Part shown: piece after piece, positions 19,533 to 31,400 of the stretch
Layout of the letters: each line of letters opens with the position of its first letter
Position numbering within the stretch: the first letter of the stretch is position 1
Translations under genes and position numbers: made by a program
Notes under the pieces: generated by a model
Told to the model about the DNA's origin: nothing
Seen by the model: only the letters and a program-made list of their open reading frames with translations
Database searches by the model: none
Source: a bacterium
Lineage (GTDB): Bacteria > CLD3 > SB21
Direction: 5' to 3'
DNA length: 64,000 nucleotides
NCBI GenBank assembly: GCA_013360215.1
Contig: JABWCP010000001.1
Coordinates: 24,193 to 88,192 of the forward strand

Positions 19533-19586
19533 TTGACAATGGGCTTTCGGAAGTGTACTTTGGCGAAGTTTCAATTATTTTTGAAA
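19533..19586 (+). promoter_or_regulatory. Sigma70 promoter plus downstream palindromic operator for the GbsR-like regulator
   Basis: TTGACA-N17-TACTTT (19533-19561) followed by TTTCAA-N6-TTGAAA (19569-19586). Confidence 0.65.
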
Positions 19587-19604
19587 GTTTAAAACTAACA
19601 AAAC

Positions 19605-20153
19605 ATGCATAAAGCGCTGCACAAATCGCAAGAACTGTTTACGGCAACGTGGGGTGAGATCAGCACCTTTTGGGGCATCAATAAAGTAATGGGGCAACTG
19701 TATGCATTACTTTTTGCCAGCGATAAACCGCTCACGTTGGACGATATGTGCGAACGCCTACAAATCAGCCGCGGTAATGCCAGTATGAATATACGCGCGC
19801 TTAAAACGTGGGGCGTTATCCGCAAGGTAAGGGTTCAAGGCGACCGTAAAGATTATTACGAATTGGATGAAGATACGGGTAAAATCATGACCCGGTTTGT
19901 GCGCGAGCGAAAACGACGCGAACTCGAACCGGCGTTGGAAACGATGCGTCGCAGCGCCGTATTGCTTCGCACGGCCATTCCCGCTATGAAAAACGGAGAA
20001 CGCAAACAGGCGCAGATTTTTCTCAAGCGTATCGAAAATATGCTTATGGTCTCCGAAAGCATCAATACCCTGCTGGAACGTTTTATTCATGGCGAGTCCA
20101 TCAGCATCAACCAATTAAAAACCATACCCATAGCGTGGAAAAAAGGCGCATAA
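19605..20153 (+). CDS. GbsR/MarR family transcriptional regulator
   Basis: WG....WGINKVMGQLYALL, LQISRGNASMNIRAL..WG, GDRKDYY, ERKRRELEP. Confidence 0.9.
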   Translation: MHKALHKSQELFTATWGEISTFWGINKVMGQLYALLFASDKPLTLDDMCERLQISRGNASMNIRALKTWGVIRKVRVQGDRKDYYELDEDTGKIMTRFVRERKRRELEPALETMRRSAVLLRTAIPAMKNGERKQAQIFLKRIENMLMVSESINTLLERFIHGESISINQLKTIPIAWKKGA

Positions 20154-20169
20154 CACATAAAGGTATCGT

Positions 20170-21222
20170 ATGAATATCATCGAACGTGAACCGTGGATAC
20201 AAAGCTTTTTACAAGAAACCGACGCGGTCATCCACGAAGTTTTTGAAAATACGGGTAGCGCTGAATTTAAGGATATCCTCAAAACCCATCATCAGGGCGG
20301 CAAACGCCTTCGGCCGATGGTCATTGCGGCTTCCGCACAACTCGGTGACCGCCCCGCGCTACATCTCGCTTACGGCGCGGCCGCTCTCGAATTGCTCCAC
20401 TTAGCATCATTATTTCACGACGACGTGCTTGACGATACCACCATGCGTCGCGATAAACTGACCGCACGCAAACATATCGGAAATCTCAATTCGATCTTAA
20501 CCGGCGATTACCTGCTGGCCGAAGTTTTGCATACGATCGTCGAAAAATTACCCACGCCCCTTGTCAGCGCTTTTCTTGATACGATCAAACGTATGACACG
20601 AAGTGAAATTTTATCCAAAAAACTTCTGAACAATTTGCAGATCAGTACGTCTGAGTACGTTCAGATTATTGAGAACAAAACCGCAACGGTTTTTGCTTTG
20701 GCCACTTCTCTCGGTATTCGCCTGAGCACCGATGATCCGGTGCGCATTCGTCAGCTCAGTATTTACGGGATGAACCTCGGTATGGCCTATCAGATCATTG
20801 ACGACATGGAAGATATGACCGGCGCTTCGGAATTAACCGATGATGATCTTTCTCACGGTTATATCGGCATGCCGGTGATCGAGTTACTGCGTGCGGTGCC
20901 CCTCAATCAAAAACAAGAAGTGTTGCAAATGGTACGCGCCACACAGCCCGAGCAACGTGCTGCGTTGATTCGTATGATGAAAAGTTTTTCCATTTTCAAA
21001 GTCGTGCATGCCCGCGTACAACATTACCTCAATATTTCGGCCAATGCGCTTTTGGATATTAAAGCCAACACGCCGGAGCAACGGATTTCTTTGGAATTTC
21101 TGAAAGGTTTGTGCGGATACTTGGCTGATAAATCACTAAAGGCTGTGGATACGTACGAGTCAGCGGATCACATCGGCACACAAATAGTTTCGGCCTCGAC
21201 AACCGTAGCCGCTACGGCTTAG
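20170..21222 (+). CDS. Polyprenyl diphosphate synthase family protein (divergent)
   Basis: GGKRLRP, first Asp-rich motif HDDVLD...RR, GDYL, KTA, second motif YQIIDDMED. Confidence 0.85.
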   Translation: MNIIEREPWIQSFLQETDAVIHEVFENTGSAEFKDILKTHHQGGKRLRPMVIAASAQLGDRPALHLAYGAAALELLHLASLFHDDVLDDTTMRRDKLTARKHIGNLNSILTGDYLLAEVLHTIVEKLPTPLVSAFLDTIKRMTRSEILSKKLLNNLQISTSEYVQIIENKTATVFALATSLGIRLSTDDPVRIRQLSIYGMNLGMAYQIIDDMEDMTGASELTDDDLSHGYIGMPVIELLRAVPLNQKQEVLQMVRATQPEQRAALIRMMKSFSIFKVVHARVQHYLNISANALLDIKANTPEQRISLEFLKGLCGYLADKSLKAVDTYESADHIGTQIVSASTTVAATA

Positions 21223-21553
21223 AAGGAACAACTTCCTCCATCCATCGCAGATAGGCTTCATCGCCTTTCGTCAGAGGAACGGCTATAATCTCAGGAACCT
21301 TGTAGCTGTGCAGTGATTTTATTTTTTTGGCTAACGCGTCGAAACAATCTTCAAACGATTTAATTAAAAGCAAAACTTCCTTTTCGTCGCAAAGTTTCCC
21401 TTCCCACATATATATCGATCGAATCCCGGGACAAATATTACAACACGCCGCCAACTGCTCTGTGATAAGCGCATCGGCTATATGCTTTGCCTCTGCGTCC
21501 GACGATGCCGTCATATATACGATGATCGCCGTACGCGCCGTTACATTACTCAT
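21212..21553 (-). CDS. cutA: Divalent cation tolerance protein CutA
   Basis: LAACCNI, SIYMWEG, HSYKVPEII, Y..W. Confidence 0.93.
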   Translation of the reverse strand: MSNVTARTAIIVYMTASSDAEAKHIADALITEQLAACCNICPGIRSIYMWEGKLCDEKEVLLLIKSFEDCFDALAKKIKSLHSYKVPEIIAVPLTKGDEAYLRWMEEVVPSKP

Positions 21554-21589
21554 AGTATGAACGCGTTGTATGATCGAATAAATTGCGGA

Positions 21590-23392
21590 TTATTCATCAC
21601 CGATTTTTAGAACGGCAAGAAACGCTTCTTGAGGAATTTCCACTTTCCCGACTTGTTTCATACGTTTTTTACCTTCTTTCTGACGCTCGAGCAGTTTGCG
21701 TTTACGGGAAATATCACCGCCGTAACACTTGGCGGTCACATCTTTACGCATTGCGCGTATCTGGTCGCGTGCAATGATTTTACTGCCGATCGCCGCCTGA
21801 ATCACCACTTCAAACATTTGGCGTGGGATCAACTCCTTGAGTTTTTCGCACATTTTGCGTCCAAACTCGTAAGCTTTATCACGGTGAATGATACCGGAAA
21901 ATGCATCCACCGGATCGCTGTTGATCAGAATATCTAATTTAACCAACTCGCCTTCTTTATATCCTATGTATTCGTAATCAAACGAGGCATATCCTTTGGT
22001 ACAGGATTTTAGTTTATCATAAAAATCGAATACGATTTCGGCCAAAGGAAACTCAAACGTAAGATCCACGCGGGTCGGAGAAATATAATTGGTATTACGG
22101 TACACACCCCGGCGTTCCATCGCGACACTCATGATATTCCCGATATATTCCGTCGGTGTGATGATTTGTGCTTTGATATACGGCTCTTCGATGTGATCAA
22201 TAATTCCTGGTGACGGCATCATCGAAGGATTGGACACTTCGATCACTTCCCCGTTCGTTTTATACACTTGATAACGCACGCTGGGTACCGTCGTGATCAT
22301 GCTGATGTTAAATTCGCGCTGCAGGCGTTCTTGCACAATCTCCATATGCAAAAGACCCAAGAAACCGCAACGGAAACCAAAACCCAAAGCCGTGGACGAC
22401 TCCGGCTCGTAGATCAGCGACGAATCATTGAGTTTGAGTTTTTCCAAAGAAGTCCGCAGTTCTTCAAAATCTTCGCTTACGGTAGGATAAATACCGCTAA
22501 ACACCATAGGCTTGATATCTTTGTATCCCTCTAGAGCCGCCGGCGCGGGATTTCCGGCATCGGTGACCGTATCGCCCACGCGGATGTGCGTGATCTCACG
22601 CACGTTGCCGACGACATATCCTACTTCACCGACAGAAATTTTATCCGCTTTGATTTTGTCCATCCGGAGGTAACCGATTTCATCGGCATCATACCGGCAG
22701 TCGTTGCTGAAAAACTTCATATGAGTACCGGTGACCAGTTCGCCTTGAAACACACGTACATAGGCGATGGCTCCGCGAAAAGGATCGAACACCGAATCGA
22801 AAATCAACGCTTGCAATGGTTTGGTCGGATCGCCTACCGGGGCGGGAATACTCTCTACGACTTTTTCAAGAATATCTTCGATACCGATACCCGCTTTGGC
22901 GCTGGCTAAAACAATATCTTCACGTTTGCAACCGATCAGATCAATAATCTCTTTGCATGTTTCTTCCGGTTGTGCGCTCGGCAAATCAATTTTATTTACG
23001 ACAGGAACGATTTGCAATCCGGCATCAATGGCAAGATACAGATTACTGATCGTCTGCGCTTCGATACCCTGGGAAGCATCCACCACAAGTATGGCCCCTT
23101 CGCATGCGGCCAAGCTGCGGGACACTTCATAAGTAAAGTCCACATGCCCCGGGGTGTCAATCAGATTGAGTACATACGTTTGCCCGTTGCGTGCTTTGTA
23201 CTCCATACGTATGGCGTGCGCTTTGATCGTAATGCCGCGTTCTTTTTCCAGATCCATGTTATCCAGGACCTGCGCTTCCATATCGCGTTTGGATATGGTT
23301 TTAGTATACTCCAAAAGGCGATCGGCCAAAGTTGACTTACCGTGGTCAATGTGTGCCACAATGCAAAAATTTCTGATTTTCTCTGTACTCAT
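21590..23392 (-). CDS. lepA: Elongation factor 4
   Basis: [42 protein letters not shown]. Confidence 0.98.
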   Translation of the reverse strand: MSTEKIRNFCIVAHIDHGKSTLADRLLEYTKTISKRDMEAQVLDNMDLEKERGITIKAHAIRMEYKARNGQTYVLNLIDTPGHVDFTYEVSRSLAACEGAILVVDASQGIEAQTISNLYLAIDAGLQIVPVVNKIDLPSAQPEETCKEIIDLIGCKREDIVLASAKAGIGIEDILEKVVESIPAPVGDPTKPLQALIFDSVFDPFRGAIAYVRVFQGELVTGTHMKFFSNDCRYDADEIGYLRMDKIKADKISVGEVGYVVGNVREITHIRVGDTVTDAGNPAPAALEGYKDIKPMVFSGIYPTVSEDFEELRTSLEKLKLNDSSLIYEPESSTALGFGFRCGFLGLLHMEIVQERLQREFNISMITTVPSVRYQVYKTNGEVIEVSNPSMMPSPGIIDHIEEPYIKAQIITPTEYIGNIMSVAMERRGVYRNTNYISPTRVDLTFEFPLAEIVFDFYDKLKSCTKGYASFDYEYIGYKEGELVKLDILINSDPVDAFSGIIHRDKAYEFGRKMCEKLKELIPRQMFEVVIQAAIGSKIIARDQIRAMRKDVTAKCYGGDISRKRKLLERQKEGKKRMKQVGKVEIPQEAFLAVLKIGDE

Positions 23393-23424
23393 ATTTCCTT
23401 TTAAGTATTTCTTAAAACGCGCGC

Positions 23425-23505
23425 AATATAGAGATTCACATATGTAAAATCAATTTCTTTCGAATGTATTATTGGATTGAACGCACACGGTAATTATTCT
23501 ATATT
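23425..23505. promoter_or_regulatory. Divergent sigma70 promoters (lepA and lpoA-like gene)
   Basis: Minus: TTGATT-N17-TATATT (23453-23425). Plus: TTGAAC-N17-TATATT (23477-23505). Confidence 0.55.
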
Positions 23506-23544
23506 AAGCCCGATCATACCAATCACGTTGCACACAATTTGACC

Positions 23545-25416
23545 ATGACTGTACTTCTTATTTTAAGGTATTACGCCCGAAAATCCTCTCTATGTCTGAG
23601 CTTATCCCTAGGCCTGGCATACGGCTCGATTGCGGGGTACGCGCAAGAACCGTCCGAAATTGCGTTTACTCTTGCAATGCAAAGCTACCAAAATAAGAAC
23701 TGGGCGGAAAGCCGCGATAAACTTTCGTCGTATCTTGCACAATATCCCGACAAACCTGCCACACCGGCCGCACAAATTTTATTAACACGCACCTATCTCC
23801 GTTTGGATAACCCGCGTAAAGCGCTTCAACTTATAAATCAATACAGTGCCGGTTTTTCCTCTCAATCACCTTATGCGACGGAGTTTGTATTTACCAAAGC
23901 GGAAGCTTTGGACGCTATGCATCGCTCACTCGAAGCGATACAGACGCTATTGCCTTTGGCATCCGGTAAAACTGACGCAGGATTGCGCGCCGATTCGTTG
24001 ATCGCACGTTTAGCCGAAGTGCGCCTGAGTACTGCCCAACTCAAAGAATTAACCCGATCGGTTCCTTCCTCGCCCATCAAAGAAAAATTGCAAATTCTGT
24101 ACGCGACCAAGTTAGCCGCCCAACAGCGCTACACCCGCGCATCGCGCGCAATGGATGTGTTTTTGAGAGAAAATCCGCGCAGCATTTATTATAAAAATGC
24201 GCAACAAGTGCTTCGCCGCAATCAAAACAAAGAAGACGGCCCCGTTCGGATCGGGCTCATCACTTCGCTCAGCGGTACCAATGCCGAAGCCGGCCTTGCG
24301 CTTAAATCGGGTATCGAACTGGCCGTGCGCGAATACAATACGACACACAGTACACCATTGGAAATCGTCACCTATGATGATCGCTCGGATGTGTTACAAA
24401 GTGTGTTAGCGGCGCAAGCCTTATGCCGCGAAGGAAGCATCAGCGTGATCATAGGCCCTTTGGAAAGCGACGCCATGAGCGCGGCTTCCGTCGTCTGCGA
24501 GAACGCACAAATACCGATCATTTCACCAACTGCTTCGCAAACGGGCATTACCGGCATCGGTCGCTTTGTCTATCAGGCCAATATTGATATCGAATCCAGG
24601 GCCGCCGCTTTAGCCGAATACGCGATAAAAAAAGCAGGCCACCGGACGTTTGCCATTCTCTCTCCCAATGACGTGTACGGTGCCACATCCACGAAAGCGT
24701 TTGCGGATCGCATCACACAATTGGGCGGCCGCATTATTGCATCGGAATCGTATTTTGATAATACGCAGGATTTTAAATCGCAACTCCTGCGTCTTCGCAA
24801 ACTCGGACAGATTGAGGAAGCACGCCCCGGGCTGGACTACCGCATAACGGCTAACCTGAATTTTCGTCAGATTGATTCTCTTTACAAAATGATATTCCCC
24901 GAGGACACCACGACTACCGAATCCTCCAGCGATTATAATATGCCTTCGCGCGGAATTGATGCGCTATTCATGCCGATTTATGACGACGAAATAAAATATA
25001 TAGCCCCGCAAATCGCGTATTATAATATCCAAACAAAATGGCTCGGCGGTGATCACTGGAATGCTCTTGATGAACTGCGTCGGCAAAATAAATACGTCAA
25101 CGGATGTATTTTCGTCGGAGAGTTTTACTCCAACCCTGATGCCGGACCGACCAAACAGTTTATCAAAAACTACACCGCGGTGACAAAAAAACGTCCTACA
25201 CCGGAAGCATTCTACGGATATGATATCGTCGGCGTTTTAGGGATGATTATCGAAAGAGGCGCTCAACTGCCCGATGAAGTACAAAACGAGCTGCAAAACG
25301 GTATCACGTACGAAGGCGTTCATAACCAAATACGTTTTGACAAAGGTCGTCGCGTCAATACATCCGTCCATCTTTTGCAGTTCAAAGATAACGCCATTCA
25401 TAAAATCGAACCGTAA
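23545..25416 (+). CDS. LpoA/LppC-like TPR + periplasmic binding protein type 1
   Basis: N-terminal TPR-like helices; RIGLITSLSG, IIGPLES, PIISPTAS, DALFMP, IAPQIAYYNI, GYD. Confidence 0.75.
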   Translation: MTVLLILRYYARKSSLCLSLSLGLAYGSIAGYAQEPSEIAFTLAMQSYQNKNWAESRDKLSSYLAQYPDKPATPAAQILLTRTYLRLDNPRKALQLINQYSAGFSSQSPYATEFVFTKAEALDAMHRSLEAIQTLLPLASGKTDAGLRADSLIARLAEVRLSTAQLKELTRSVPSSPIKEKLQILYATKLAAQQRYTRASRAMDVFLRENPRSIYYKNAQQVLRRNQNKEDGPVRIGLITSLSGTNAEAGLALKSGIELAVREYNTTHSTPLEIVTYDDRSDVLQSVLAAQALCREGSISVIIGPLESDAMSAASVVCENAQIPIISPTASQTGITGIGRFVYQANIDIESRAAALAEYAIKKAGHRTFAILSPNDVYGATSTKAFADRITQLGGRIIASESYFDNTQDFKSQLLRLRKLGQIEEARPGLDYRITANLNFRQIDSLYKMIFPEDTTTTESSSDYNMPSRGIDALFMPIYDDEIKYIAPQIAYYNIQTKWLGGDHWNALDELRRQNKYVNGCIFVGEFYSNPDAGPTKQFIKNYTAVTKKRPTPEAFYGYDIVGVLGMIIERGAQLPDEVQNELQNGITYEGVHNQIRFDKGRRVNTSVHLLQFKDNAIHKIEP

Positions 25417-25436
25417 CCCGCCGCCGGAAACCACGT

Positions 25437-28400
25437 ATGCGACAATTACGTTTTTTTATTCTGCTGATATTTACCGCCATACCGCTTGCCTTCGCTCAGA
25501 GTGACAGCATCACAATATCCGAAGTGATGTTTAGTACAAGTAATACATTGGACTTCATTGAACTTTATAACTACAGTAAGACACAAACTATTGATCTCGC
25601 TAAATACATAATTACGGATGGTGCGGGCAATAATGACTCCGATCGGATCAGTAGTGCCGGTGAGGGCTTACTTTTATATCCGGGCCAATTTGCCATTCTC
25701 CTTGACCCCGATTACTTTTTACCGCCCAACGCTTCCGGACGTGTTTACGATATTTCCATTCCGGATACTGCACGCATCGTCACAATTGATACTAACCAAA
25801 CCGGCGGTTTTGTTCTCGGAAACGGATCGTTAAGTAATACAACCGCAGAAACAATTCACTTAATCAAGGTACAATCCGGAATTCCGCGTGACACAATAAG
25901 TCGTTATACCTATTCATTAGGTAACAACACCTCATATAGCGATGAAAAAATCACCTTAAACAATGATAACAATTCATCCAATTGGACGAATTCGATTTAC
26001 CTGAACGGTACACCGGGTGCGCCGCCGGAGACGAATCTTTCGATCAACGATCATCGCATGATCTTCACACCACCTGATCCGCTCACCGGAGCAAGCGTGA
26101 CCATCGGTGCTATCGTAACCAACAAAGCGATTACTACGAGCGATTCATTTCGTGTGCTCTTTTATCTGGACGCCGATAAAAATGGAACAGCGGATGTTTC
26201 CGAACTTCTGGATTCGGTTTCCTATAACGGGTCACTACCCCGCAATACGTCCGACACGATTTTTTTTACAACATCTTCGATAGCCTCCGGTATCAATTAT
26301 TATATAGCCCGTATCGGTTCGATTTATCCTTATGCCGATACTGTTTTATCCGATCAATCGCTACGCGATTCCGTACAAACGACTCCGGCCTATAACGTAT
26401 CATGGTCTGCTTCTTCTGTTTTTTCACCGAGTTCACCGACCACCGGTGATACCGTTACCTATGCGCGTGCGATGTACAATACAGGTATCGCCGACATCAC
26501 TCACTTTGCCGCTTATTTGTACATAGATCAAAACCATAACGGGATGGTCGAAACCGGTGAAAAGGTCGATTCGTCAAATTATAACGATATCCTGCCAAGC
26601 GGTGATTCGGTGGTCATTTATTTTACGATCCCGGACGTCCAACGCGGAAAGCTGAATCTATTATTAGACTTGCCGGCCGATTCTTTAGGTCCTGTGCCGG
26701 ACGAACAACCGGCCGATAATCGGACATCCGATTCTGCCAATATCCGTGCGGCCATGAGCTTAACCCTCACATCGGCCAGTGCGCTTAAGCCGTCGTATAA
26801 TTACATCGCCGATACCATGGCGATAAAGGCTGTCGTACACAATAACGGAAGCACAACCGCGAGCGGTTTTTCTGTGATGTTGTATCACGATGCAAACACC
26901 GACGGATTGCCCGACACGAACGAACGCGTGGATTCTGTGCGCTATACATCGTCATTGGATGCAACGGTAAGTGATTCCATCACTTTGTATTGGCTACCGA
27001 CGTCTGAAGGTAACGTCTCGCTCATCGTCAAACTCGACTCGTCCACAGTCCAACCCCTGACGGATGAAGATGGATCCGATAATACACATACGCTGAATGC
27101 ACTCATCTACCCTCGCCCGGATTCGATCACTTTTTCAGAAATCATGTTTGATCCGCTGGGCTCCGAAGATTCTAATGAATTTGTTGAATTGTACAATTTT
27201 GGCTCACACGCTGTTGATCTGCTCAATTGGCAGATCGCAGACAGCCTTGGACATGATGCGATACAAGATGCCGGAAATGGGACGGTCTTACAAGCGGGAC
27301 AATATGCCATCGTATTCGAAAATGAATACGCACTGAATACAGGTCGTTATACATCGCGTATCCCATCGTCGGCATTAGTCTTAACGATCAACGGCTCCAC
27401 CTTTGGCAGCAGTTCAAGCGGATTGGTGGGAACCTATCCGAAACAATTATTTCTGGTACGCAGTTTAGGTGATACGATCTCAACGTACCGCTATTCCCTC
27501 GACAATACCGAAGGACATTCCGATACAAAAATCAATCCCTCGGAAATCAACACGCCCGCGAATTGGGCGAACAGTCTCATCACCGATGGCACACCGGGCG
27601 CTCATGCGGAAGTCAACTTGTCACTCCTCGGTCAGCGTTTGCGATTTGCGCCTTCTGAAATTCCATCCGGTACTCAAACTGTGATATCCGTGACTGTTAA
27701 AGATTCCGGCATCGCACCGGTGAATATTTTCAAAATCGCTATGTATCATGATACTAACCGAAACGCCATTCCTGAACCGGAAGAAATCATTGATTCCCTG
27801 GTATTTTCAGGGCAATTGTATTTCGGTGACAGCGTGATATTTACGGCAAATACACCGGCGCTCTCCTATGGCGTACATTATTTTATTGCACGTATATCGC
27901 AAGGCGAGGTCTCGCCGTACGGTGATACGCTCTACTATAACGATATGCTCGCCGACAGTATAAAGACAAAACCATCCGGCGACATCGCACTGAATCGAGG
28001 ACGCCTGATATTGGGCGAAATTGCAACGCGAGGTAATTCCTTTTCGATCGGTGCGTACGCGTACAATATGGGCACGCAACCCGTTCAATCGTTTACCGTT
28101 CGATGGTATGAAGATCGCGACGGAAATTATACTACCGCACCGGAGGAACGAATAGACTCCAACACATATACCGGAAATCTTTTGCCCGGAGATTCAACCT
28201 TTTTACAGATCAACTACCCCAATGCGACCTACGGTAAACATCGAATTATGGCTGAAGCTATATCATCCTCCGTACAGCCTATTGCCGATGAAGAGCCGTC
28301 AAACAATCTACTTGTGGATTCGATTGAAGCCGGAGCACGCCCACGCGATATTCTAATCAGCGAATTTATGTATCTTGCCGTAACGGATAGTATCCCCGAG

Positions 28401-31400
28401 TGGATCGAAATCTACAATTCTTCTGCGCTCTCCATATCACTGATGAATTGGCAGCTGTACGACAAAACATCCGATGTCGTATTGACGGATCGAAGCGACA
28501 CTTTGCACGCCGGCCAATTTGGAATCATCGTCAAAGATTCTGTCGTGTTTCACAAAAAATACGGTAACAAGTTATCAGACGTTCTATATATCTATCCGCC
28601 CTCCATGCCGAGTCTTAATAATACCGGCGGCGATATTATCAAACTGAGCACACCCGCGGGACTTACCGTGGACAGTCTTAACTATCTGACATCATGGGGC
28701 GATGATGAGGGTATCAGTCTAGAGCGCAAACTAAATGATAGTGCATCGTTCAGTATGAATAACTGGACGCTTAGCAGCGACCCTTCCGGCGGTACCCCGG
28801 GTACAAAGAACACAGCTACACCACAGCTTCGCGATCTGTCCATCACTTCGCACGACATTCTCTGGACACCCGCTTATCCGACGCTAGGAGAAATTTTTCA
28901 AGTCAAAGCTACTGTACGAAATCTAGGCATTACCTCGAGCGGGGCATCCACTATTTTACTCTATGCCTACAGCGGTCATGATTCCACATTATTACAGACA
29001 ACGAATTCGCCCGCCATATTACCCGGTGATTCTTTGGTGATCGTCTCATCCCCGATCACCAACGAACCTCAAACCTATGTCGGCATTCAAATTGATTACG
29101 CGGAAGATGAACGCTTATCCAATAACTTTGCTAAACGCTTCGTACCTGCTGCCACACCAAGGCAAACGGTGGTCATCAATGAAATCATGTACAAACCCGG
29201 AACCGGACATACGGAATGGATCGAACTTTACAACCGCTCCCAAAACGCTGTGGATCTGCGTTCATGGCGTATATCCGACGGCAATGCCGACCTAACCGCA
29301 CCGGCTACTGCTAAAACTATAACCACTCAAAGTGTCATACTTCAACCGGATAGTTTTATCATCATCGCCAAAGATTCCGCTCAATTTTCATCGCAGTATG
29401 GAACACCTTTGCACGCCGTTTATCTGAGCAGTATGCCTGCACTCAATGATCCGGGTGATATGATCACAATACAAGACAGCTTAGGCGGCATTGTGGATAG
29501 TCTTGTGTATCTATCCGGTTGGGGCGGCAGTTCGGATCGTACATTGGAACGACGTTTCTATGATTCCGTTTCGTATTTAACTTCCAACTGGCTTAGCTGT
29601 GAAATCCCTATCGGCGCAACTCCGGGCCACCCCAACAGTGTCAAGCCATTGCATCATGACTTATCTGTAAAGGCATCTCCCTTGCGCGTAACGCCTTCGT
29701 ATCCACGTATCGGCGAAGCATTTACAATAACTGCACCGATATACAATCAGGGTTTAGAACCCGTGAATGATGCCTCACTGCGATGGTTGCGTATTCGCGC
29801 ACAACATGATACAGTGATTCTCTCAGACGAGATCATCGGTACGTTGAATGCCGGCGATTCATTAAAAATTTCTTATTCGGACACGGCACGCCAAATCGGT
29901 GATTCCATCGTAGCGCTTATCCTAAGTGGATCGGACGAACGTACACTCAACAATAAATCCGCAGTTCCTCTGATAACCTCCACTCGTCGTAATGCACTGG
30001 TGATCAATGAAATCATGTACGATCCCGGTTCGAACAGACCCGAATGGATCGAACTGTATAACCCGGGTGCGGATACTATTGATCTTAAAAACTGGCGCAT
30101 GGCGGATGAATCCACCATCGCAAATCCTAAAACTTTTGCTGGTACTTCCTTACGTATTCCGTCACAACATTACGTCATCATTACCAAAGATGCATCCGCA
30201 TTAGCCCTTACTTATCCGTTACTATCATCGCCCGTCGTGACCATGTCCTCGTTTCCCACGCTCAATCAAACCGGTGATTTGATTCTACTGACGGATAGTC
30301 TGAGTGTAACAGTTGACAGTGTGTTTTACGAAAACACGTGGGGCGGTGCGAACGGTTTTTCGATCGAGCGTATCAGCGCAACCGATAACGCCAATTCACC
30401 GAATAACTGGAAAACCTCTGAAGCCAATGCCGGCGCCACACCGGGGGTAATGAATAGCACAACACCGGTGGCTCTGGACCTCAGCATTCGAACGAATGAT
30501 GTATGGTTTGATCCGCCGTTTCCTTCACCGGGCCAACCCGTACAGATCCATATACGCATTCGCAATAAAGGCCTTCAAAACATCACAAACGCAGCGGTAG
30601 TGCGTGTCTATAACGATATCAATAATGATAGTATTCCTCAGATAACGGAGATCATTGATTCTACGATCGTACCGGCTTTATTATCCGGCGATTCGCTGTT
30701 TGTAACCATTCAATGGACAATCCCCGTTTCGGCATCTCGTCGTTTATCCAAAGCACTATCTATGGGATCCCGTAAAATCATTATCCAGCTTGATTTTGCA
30801 GGCGATGAACGCACTGAAAATAACCTCCTATTTACTGCGTTGCCGTTGGGTACGCCGTTTCAGTCTGTCGTGATCAATGAATTTATGTATGAGACGGATA
30901 CTTCACGCACAGAATTTATCGAACTGTATAATCCCGGTACTACCTCATGGGACTTGAAAGATTGGAAAATCGCCGATGGTAGCAGCGTCGTATCTATCAC
31001 CGACGTTTCGGTTTCATTTTTATCAGGCACCTATAAAGTGCTGGCGCCGGACAGTTCATTCTTCCGCAAATTCTCTACGACCCCGGCCTCGTCCGTAATC
31101 ATCGTGCCGGGTTTACCAAGCCTCAATAATACGGGTGACGCCATCCGTTTAGCCGATGATCTCGGTGCAACGGTGGATAGCCTGACGTATAGTAACACAT
31201 GGGGCGGCGCTAAAAATATCAGCGTCGAGCGTATCGATGCCGACGTATCATCGGATGAACCAAACAATTGGACAACGTCCTTAACGACGCAAGGACACTC
31301 AGCCGGCCTTGTCAATAGCATTGTATCGGCTGAGCCCTTTGTCAAACAATCGCTCATCATCAATGAAATCATGTTTAGCCCTATGAGCGGCGAACCGGAG

